49,482 nucleotides of DNA from contig DAHVOV010000221.1 of NCBI GenBank assembly GCA_027318645.1, positions 1 to 49,482 of the forward strand. Reading direction: 5' to 3'. The translations under genes were made by a program, and so were the position numbers. Shown in pieces: positions 43,825-49,482 of the stretch (the first letter of the stretch is position 1; the number at the start of each line of letters is the position of its first letter). The notes beneath the pieces were generated by a model that was given only the letters and a program-made list of their open reading frames with translations, did not search any database and was not told the origin of the DNA. The stretch comes from Candidatus Aminicenantes bacterium (GTDB taxonomy: Bacteria; Acidobacteriota; Aminicenantia; UBA2199).

Positions 43825-44771
43825 TGCTTCAAGGTTCGACGTCCGACGTTCGACGTTCGACGTAGCGAAGGCAAACTCGCTTGGGTGCTTAAGATTTCTA
43901 GTCAGGGGCTGATCGTTCTTTTTTGAGAAAAAACAAAGTTATCCCTTCCTCAATCACCTATATCCGAGGTTTACCGCAGGTACAGATGTTTGGATGTTTG
44001 ATGAGTCGGGAGTGGTCGCAACAGCTCGTGCCGAAGAGAAATGTCACAAAATTCATGATTGAAACAGAATGAAGAAATGAAATAGCATTCACAAAGAATC
44101 TGGACGAAACGAAATTGGAGGGGAGAAATATGCGAATCGAGAAATTCGAAGAAATTCAGGCTTGGAAGGAAGCCCGGATATTAGTCAAGGAGATCTATTC
44201 TAGTTTTTCTAATTGCAAGGATTTTGGCTTCAAGGATCAGATCCAGCGAGCTGGGATATCCATCATGTCCAACATTGCCGAGGGCTTTGAACGGAATACA
44301 AACAAGGAATTCGTGAATTTTCTTTCCATTGCCCGAGGATCTTGTGCGGAACTGAAAAGCCTGCTCTATGCTGCATTGGATGTCGGATACATCGAGGAAG
44401 GCATTTTTCGACACATGTATGGCCAAATCAGCAAGGTCAATGGACTCGTGAACGGCTTCATCAGTTATTTAAAATCGAATCTGAAAGTGAAGTAATGCTT
44501 TGTGACTCTTTTCTTCTGGACTGTTATAGGCACAGAACACTCTTCTAGATCTTCAAGCAACCAAGCAGAAGGCTTTCGCTACGTCGAAATCCACTCGGGG
44601 TAAACCCCTCGGGGACGCCGCCCCTTACGGGGCCGGCAGCGTCGAACCTGAGAAGTGTCAGTGTCAGTGCCAGCAAGAACGATCAGCCCCTGACTAGAAA
44701 TCTTAAGCACCCAAGCGAATTGGCCTTCCTTACGTCGGACGTCGAACCTCGAACGTCGAACTTTGAAGCAT
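43825..44771. mobile_element. hairpin-ORF cassette: ~93-nt terminal inverted repeats enclosing a low-GC four-helix-bundle ORF (IVS-like, non-rRNA context)
   Basis: 43825-43918 is the reverse complement of 44677-44771, about 90% by eye. The interior is AT-rich. A solo terminal repeat lies at 30420-30511 and a partial internal copy at 44545-44588. No transposase is present, so mobility is inferred only. Confidence 0.55.
44130..44495 (+). CDS. four-helix-bundle protein (23S rRNA intervening-sequence protein / Avd family)
   Basis: 121 aa with GGAGG 8 nt upstream. FEEIQAWKEA...QIQRAGISIMSNIAEGFERNTNKEFVNFLSIARGSCAELKSLL matches the family layout. The ORF is strongly AT-rich relative to its neighbours. 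Confidence 0.85.
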   Translation: MRIEKFEEIQAWKEARILVKEIYSSFSNCKDFGFKDQIQRAGISIMSNIAEGFERNTNKEFVNFLSIARGSCAELKSLLYAALDVGYIEEGIFRHMYGQISKVNGLVNGFISYLKSNLKVK

Positions 44772-44790
44772 CTGGCAGCTCCTTCGTTTA

Positions 44791-44819
44791 TTGCCAGCCC
44801 TGGCCGCTTCTGCTATTCT
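44791..44819 (+). promoter_or_regulatory. sigma-70-type promoter candidate giving a leaderless metallophosphoesterase mRNA
   Basis: TTGCCA-17 nt-TATTCT. The -10 box ends 6 nt before ATG 44826 and there is no SD. A related ctgctatcct lies 8 nt before ATG 46142. Confidence 0.4.
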
Positions 44820-44825
44820 TAGCCC

Positions 44826-45902
44826 ATGGGCCTGTCAAACCGCCTGTCTCCCGACCTCAAAGAGAAACTGGACCGGGAGTACGAGCAGGCGCCCGAGCTG
44901 AAGCTGGGCGAAAAGGACCGGCTGGTGGTCATCTCCGACCTGCACATGGGCGGCGGGGGCCGGAAGGACGAGTTCGTCCCCAACTCCCTCCTGCTGCAGG
45001 CGCTGCTGCGGCGCTACTACCTGGAACGGCGCTTCATCCTGGCGCTCAACGGAGATATCGAGGACCTGGCGGGCTTCCCGCTGGCGCGCATCGCTACGCG
45101 CTGGCTCGACGTCTATGCCCTGTGGCAGGAGTTCGCCGAACGCGGGGCGCTTTACAAGATCGCAGGCAACCACGACCTGGAGCTGCTGCAGCGCGGCGCC
45201 GCCGACTACCCCTTCCCGGTGATCGGTTCGCTGCGCGTCGCCTGCAACGGCCATCGGCTCTGGCTGTTCCACGGCCACCAAGTGTCGCGGCTGGAGCGGG
45301 CCTTCCAGGCGCTGGGGCCGGTCTTCCTGCGCGGCGTGCTCCACCCGCTGGGCATCGGCAACTACACGGTGCGGCGCAGCACCAGCCGCCGCTTCCACGT
45401 CGAGCGCCGCTCCTACCTCTACGCGCGCGAGCGCCGCATCCTGGCGCTCATCGGCCACACCCACCGGCCGCTGTTCGAGTCGCTGTCGAGCTTCGACGCG
45501 GTGAAGATCGAGATCGAGAACCTGTGCCGCGCCTACCCGGCGGCGGGCCCGGCGGAACGGCAGCGGCTGGAGGAGCGGGTGGCGATGCTGCGGCTGGAGT
45601 ACACCGTGCAGCAGACCCGCGAGATGCTCAACCCGCGCGGGGAGAACCTCTACGGCGACGGGCCGCTCCTGCCCTGCCTGTTCAACTCGGGGAGCGGCAT
45701 CGGCCGCCACGGCGTGACGGCCATCGAGATCGCCGGCGGCCGCATCGCCCTGGTCATCTGGCTCGACCGCCGCCGCACCGAGAGGTACGGCGAGACGGCG
45801 GGATACCGGCCGGAGCGGCTGGATGGCAGCGATTACTACCGCGTCGTGCTGAAGGAAGACGACTTGGACTATATTTTTGCGAGGATACATCTGCTCGCTT
45901 AA
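44826..45902 (+). CDS. calcineurin-like metallophosphoesterase, paralogue 1
   Basis: Motifs ISDLHMG, NGDIED, GNHD, FHGH and GHTHRP. Confidence 0.8.
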   Translation: MGLSNRLSPDLKEKLDREYEQAPELKLGEKDRLVVISDLHMGGGGRKDEFVPNSLLLQALLRRYYLERRFILALNGDIEDLAGFPLARIATRWLDVYALWQEFAERGALYKIAGNHDLELLQRGAADYPFPVIGSLRVACNGHRLWLFHGHQVSRLERAFQALGPVFLRGVLHPLGIGNYTVRRSTSRRFHVERRSYLYARERRILALIGHTHRPLFESLSSFDAVKIEIENLCRAYPAAGPAERQRLEERVAMLRLEYTVQQTREMLNPRGENLYGDGPLLPCLFNSGSGIGRHGVTAIEIAGGRIALVIWLDRRRTERYGETAGYRPERLDGSDYYRVVLKEDDLDYIFARIHLLA

Positions 45903-45904
45903 GA

Positions 45905-46078
45905 TACGGCGTACGGTTGACGGCGTACGGCGTACGGTGGAAGAAACGAGCTCAGGGAAGACAGAGGGAAGAGAAAGGGAAGAGCGAGGGAAGACAGAGT
46001 GGGAAAAGCCCTGTCAGGGCTTTTCTCACTCTGTCTTCCCTTTATCTTTCCCTCTGACTTCCCTCTCTCTTCCCTGGA
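45905..46078. repeat. ACGGYGT heptad array + best-preserved GGGAAGA-family hairpin
   Basis: The arms 45949-46010 and 46017-46078 flank the 6-nt loop ctgtca. The 27 loop-proximal bp pair with one mismatch. It lies between the two metallophosphoesterase paralogues. Confidence 0.9.
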
Positions 46079-46141
46079 GACCCTTATTCAGGGCTGCCGC
46101 CCTAATGAAAGTCGCGACTTTTTCTGCTATCCTATTCGCGA

Positions 46142-47212
46142 ATGACAACGGATCGCCTCTCATCGCGCCTAACGCGCAAGCTGGACCGGCTCCATGCCCG
46201 GGCGCCGGTCGTCCGCCTCGGCCCTGACGACCGGCTGGCCGTTTTCTCCGACCTGCACCTGGGCGACGGCGGCCGCGACGACGACTTCGCCCCCAACGCC
46301 CGGCTGTTCCAGGAGGCGCTCTCGCGCTATTACGCCCCGCGGCGCTTCCTGCTGGCGCTCAACGGCGACATCGAGGAGCTGGCGCGCTTCCCGCTGGCGG
46401 CCATCGCCACCCGCTGGCTGGGGATCTACGCCTGCTGGCAGGACTTCGCCGGCCGCGGGGCGCTGTTCAAGCTGGTCGGCAACCACGACCTGGCCCTGCT
46501 GCGCCGGCGCGCCGTTGACCTGCCCTTCCCGGTCGGTGAGTCCTTGCGCGTGGAGATAGGGGAGAAGCGCTTCTGGCTGTTCCACGGGCACCAGCTCTCG
46601 CGCCTCGACTGGGTGTTCCAGACACTGGGCGCGCTGCTGCTGCGCTGGGTGCTCCACCCGCTGGGCATCGGCAACTACACGGTGGCGCGCAGCAGCCGCA
46701 AGCGCTTCCATGTCGAGCGGCGCGCCTATCTCTACGCCCGCTCGCGGCGCATCGCCGCCTGCATCGGCCATACCCACCGGCCGCTGTTCGAGTCGCTGCC
46801 GCGCCTGGACGCGGTCAAGATCGAGATCGAGGGCCTGGTGCGCCGCTACCCGGAGGCGCCGGAGGGGGAGAAGCCGGAGATCGAGCAGCAGCTGGCCCGG
46901 CTGAAGCGGGAGCACGTCAAGCTGCAGCGCAGCGAGGGACGGCGGGGCCGGGAGGGCCTCTACGGCGAGGGGCCGCTGCTGCCGTGCCTGTTCAACTCCG
47001 GCTGCGGCATCGGCAGCAACGGCGTCACCGCCGTCGAGATCGACGCCCGGCAGGTCCGCCTGGTCTACTGGTTCGACCGCCGACGCAGCGAGAAGTACAT
47101 CGCCGCCGGAGGATACCGGCCGGAGCCGCTGGACGACGGCGACTTCTACCGCGTGGTGCTGAAGGAAGAGACGCTGGACTATATCTTTACGCGCATAAAC
47201 TTGCTGGGATGA
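46142..47212 (+). CDS. calcineurin-like metallophosphoesterase, paralogue 2
   Basis: Motifs FSDLHLG, NGDIEE, GNHD, FHGH and GHTHRP. Collinear with 44826-45902 over its full length. Confidence 0.8.
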   Translation: MTTDRLSSRLTRKLDRLHARAPVVRLGPDDRLAVFSDLHLGDGGRDDDFAPNARLFQEALSRYYAPRRFLLALNGDIEELARFPLAAIATRWLGIYACWQDFAGRGALFKLVGNHDLALLRRRAVDLPFPVGESLRVEIGEKRFWLFHGHQLSRLDWVFQTLGALLLRWVLHPLGIGNYTVARSSRKRFHVERRAYLYARSRRIAACIGHTHRPLFESLPRLDAVKIEIEGLVRRYPEAPEGEKPEIEQQLARLKREHVKLQRSEGRRGREGLYGEGPLLPCLFNSGCGIGSNGVTAVEIDARQVRLVYWFDRRRSEKYIAAGGYRPEPLDDGDFYRVVLKEETLDYIFTRINLLG

Positions 47213-47213
47213 A

Positions 47214-47386
47214 CTCAGTGACGAGTGACGAGTGACAAGTGACTAGAAAGATAAAAGTACAGCGGACAGGAGCCTTTCTCTGATTGGACCAGAAAGATGC
47301 CCCTTTCAGAAGAGACATTTCAACAACGCGACAGGCAACGGAAATTGCGTTTTCTCGTCACTCGTTACTCGTCACGTGTCACTTAG
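47214..47386. repeat. GTGACRA heptad hairpin with a ~107-nt loop, between convergent genes
   Basis: ctcagtgacgagtgacgagtgacaagtgactag (47214-47246) pairs with ctcgtcactcgttactcgtcacgtgtcacttag (47354-47386). Confidence 0.85.
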
Positions 47387-47479
47387 CTTCTGCAGTTGGA
47401 TATCCTCTCCGCGAATCCGAGAAATTCCTCAGGCAAGCGGATGGCGAACTTGCCGAATATCCCCTTTACGCCGCTCGGG

Positions 47480-49246
47480 CTACTGCCAATGGATCCTGAC
47501 CTCGGAGCGGTTGTCCCTTGGGTCCGCCTCATGGTAGCTGAGGCCGCGCGGGCCGCCTTCGAAACGGCGGCAATCGTCGAGTTCGAAGAGGACCAGGCAG
47601 TCCCCCTTCCCCCATTGAGACTCGATGACGGAGCTGAAGACCCGGTCGCTGCCCATGGGGATGCTGCCCAGCTCGACCTTGCCGCAATAGCCGTCGTATC
47701 CGTGCCCCGAGACGTGGATGAACGCGCAGGCGCCCTCAGAGTTCGCGTAGCCCTTGTTGGCCACGATGAACTCACAGCGTAGCTTCATCCCTTCCTGCCA
47801 GGCGCGCGCGCTCTTGAACGACAGGTCCGCGGCCGGCTGGAGCGTGTAGGCCAACCATCGCCGGTTGTCCTTCTCATTGGGCTCGAGGATCCTGTCGTCG
47901 AAATCGGCCTCGAACCTGAAATAGCCGGAATGCGGCAAGCTGCTGATGAAGCTCTTGCGGAATTGGAGGCGCCTGCTGGCGCCGCCTTCCAGCCTGGGGA
48001 TGGTCGCGCTGTACTCGCTGACCACGAAGTTTTGCTTGTCGTCCTCGAGCGCGACGCGGACATTGAACTGCTCGGCCGGCAGCATGCCCCTGTTGCGCAC
48101 GGTGAAGAATACGTCGAAAACATCGCCGCAATAGATCGTGCTGGGCATGCCGTACTCCATGACCTCCAGGTCGGGTCGCCGGCTCATCTGATGGGTCTGG
48201 GAAGCGTAGTTGTTGCCTTCGCTGGTTTCGCTGATCCGGTTGTCGGGATCGAGCATGGCCCCGAAGGTGATCGATTCGACCCCCAGCGGGATGTCCTCCA
48301 CGGTGCACAGGGGGACGACCCGGTCCTGGCCATGCTCAATGTCGATCGAAGGGATCTCCAGCACGGCGTCCTTGGAAATTTTGGAGCCTTTCAGGGCGTC
48401 CAGGTAGACGTAATGGATCTTCAGCGGCCCCTGGTAGAAGGCGCCGTTGTTCCGGAAGCGCAGGAGAACATTCAGCACCAATACCTGCCCGTGGTTGATG
48501 TCGAACTTCAGTTCCGGCTTCACGATCAGCTCGCTCGCTGCGAAGTCGGGATCGCCTTCTCCGGAAGAGGGGTCGGCGGTGATGGCGAAGGCGCCGGGGC
48601 TCTCGGCTGCCAACGTGCCGTCCAGGGCCTCGACGCGAAGCTTGTAGCCGCCGCCGCAGTGGCTGGCGCAGCTCCAGCCCGGGGCATCGCCGATGGTCCA
48701 GCATACGGCGCCGGCGGCGGCGGGTGTCGACGGGGACAGCTCGAAGGCCGGGCTGCCGTTGCGCAGCAGAACGGCCTTGACGTTGCCGCTGAAATGGGTC
48801 GCTTTCCACTGGAACGGCTGCATGGTCCCCCACTTGAAGCTCTCGCCGCCGACCGGGAATGTGACCTTCAGGCTGGGCGCGGGTTCCTGGCCGTCGATGG
48901 TGAACGTGCCGTCGCTGATGTCGCCCATGCTGTTGTCCATGGTCCTGACGCGGACGGCGAAGCCGGTGCCCGGCGTCGCGTTCCCGCTGCTGAACCTGCC
49001 GACCGTCCATTTGTACGGCGAGCTGCCGGGCGCCAGGTCGCCGGCGATGGAGCCCACGATGGCGCCGTTCTGCAGCAGGATCAGTTTGACGTTCTGCGTG
49101 ACGCCCGTGGCGGTCCAGGCGATATCGTAGATGGTTCCCGGCGCGAGCGTCTCGCCGCCGTTGGGCTTGTCCAGCCGCAGCATGGATGCGCCCAACGATC
49201 CCGCGGCGAGGGCGATGAGACCGATCGCGAACGCGGTTTTTTTCAT
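47480..49246 (-). CDS. secreted protein with three Kre9/KNH-like repeats and CARDB-like domains, paralogue of 9439-10905
   Basis: Start at MKKTAFAIGL, preceded by GAGGGGGGG, with a signal peptide. NGGETLAPGTIYDIAWTATGVTQNVKLILL...SPYKWTV and CARDB-like endings ETSEGNNY and EPNEKDN. Confidence 0.7.
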   Translation of the reverse strand: MKKTAFAIGLIALAAGSLGASMLRLDKPNGGETLAPGTIYDIAWTATGVTQNVKLILLQNGAIVGSIAGDLAPGSSPYKWTVGRFSSGNATPGTGFAVRVRTMDNSMGDISDGTFTIDGQEPAPSLKVTFPVGGESFKWGTMQPFQWKATHFSGNVKAVLLRNGSPAFELSPSTPAAAGAVCWTIGDAPGWSCASHCGGGYKLRVEALDGTLAAESPGAFAITADPSSGEGDPDFAASELIVKPELKFDINHGQVLVLNVLLRFRNNGAFYQGPLKIHYVYLDALKGSKISKDAVLEIPSIDIEHGQDRVVPLCTVEDIPLGVESITFGAMLDPDNRISETSEGNNYASQTHQMSRRPDLEVMEYGMPSTIYCGDVFDVFFTVRNRGMLPAEQFNVRVALEDDKQNFVVSEYSATIPRLEGGASRRLQFRKSFISSLPHSGYFRFEADFDDRILEPNEKDNRRWLAYTLQPAADLSFKSARAWQEGMKLRCEFIVANKGYANSEGACAFIHVSGHGYDGYCGKVELGSIPMGSDRVFSSVIESQWGKGDCLVLFELDDCRRFEGGPRGLSYHEADPRDNRSEVRIHWQ

Positions 49247-49313
49247 GGTATCCCCCCCTCGATGTCCCTGATCATTCAATATGAGTTGGCGGGGAAAATC
49301 TCAACGGCATTCT

Positions 49314-49455
49314 TTGTGTTAGTGTTAGGAACAGCAATAAAATGAAGCTCAGGGAAGACAAAGGGAAAGCAGAGGGAAGAATTAGGGAAGAGAGAGTGGG
49401 AAAAGCCCTGTCATAACTTATTTCCCACTTTGTCTTCCCTCCCCTTTTCTTAGGT
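49314..49455. repeat. GTGTTAG array + AACAGCAAT linker + GGGAAGA-family hairpin
   Basis: ttgtgttagtgttaggaacagcaataaaatga, then agctcagggaagacaaagggaaagcagagggaagaattagggaagagagagtgggaaaagcc, and a shorter right arm tttcccactttgtcttccctcccc. Confidence 0.8.
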
Positions 49456-49482
49456 CTTCATGCTTTCAACAATCGAGCGAGT

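Noticed and set aside
44130-44495. Avd-like ORF as part of a diversity-generating retroelement
   Set aside because: No reverse transcriptase gene, template/variable repeat pair or target gene with a C-terminal variable region is visible within the window.
44589-44639. GC-rich 51-nt insert with small stem-loops (ggggtaaacccc, gccccttacggggc) as a tRNA or small RNA gene
   Set aside because: It is too short and lacks a cloverleaf arrangement or conserved tRNA boxes. It is more simply an insertion that interrupts a partial repeat copy.
43825-44771. The cassette as a genuine 23S rRNA intervening sequence
   Set aside because: No rRNA sequence flanks it. It lies between two protein-coding genes.
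43817-47479. Defence island or prophage remnant around the low-GC cassette
   Set aside because: No integrase, transposase, nuclease, helicase or restriction-modification or toxin-like genes are present. The only accessory gene is the four-helix-bundle ORF.

Overview
This is a GC-rich chromosomal segment. It probably comes from an uncultivated diderm anaerobe, since lptB, tonB-exbBD, a GT9 heptosyltransferase and Hdr/Qmo-type redox genes are all present. I support about 51 protein genes and saw no rRNA, tRNA, CRISPR array, transposase or integrase. All family calls rest on motifs I recognise by eye; no database search was run. Gene order: a polysaccharide/LPS glycosyltransferase operon with ATGA/TGATG-coupled genes (37-7178); a DUF438/DUF1858 pair; a secreted Kre9/CARDB-like protein; DUF2461; Fur/PerR plus peroxiredoxin; a MORN/PD40 lipoprotein; a lipid kinase plus PlsC; the minus-strand operon lptB-rpoN-hpf-hprK-EIIA(Man)-ptsH-ptsI; tonB-exbB-exbD; a DUF134/NifX-like/DUF5320/CGGC/FmdB/Mrp cluster; a TusA-ArsR-MvhD-HdrA::GltD-HdrA-wHTH-QmoC-like-DsrE-like cluster; a membrane protein with a Cys4 tail; a methyltransferase; an inositol-phosphate cluster; two tandem metallophosphoesterase paralogues; and a second secreted paralogue. 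The most unusual content is non-coding. Seventeen intergenic gaps carry a modular repeat system. Each module has short tandem arrays (6-, 7- or 11-nt units) joined by conserved linkers (CAGCAAT-like at the start, TGGCTTT-like at the end), and the arrays usually fold as 25-60-bp hairpins. The arm sequences differ completely between families, and the modules are shuffled, nested and vary in unit number. One member (43825-44771) is a low-GC cassette. Its ~93-nt inverted repeats enclose a four-helix-bundle (23S-rRNA-IVS/Avd family) ORF. It may be the ORF-bearing relative of the ORF-less hairpins.
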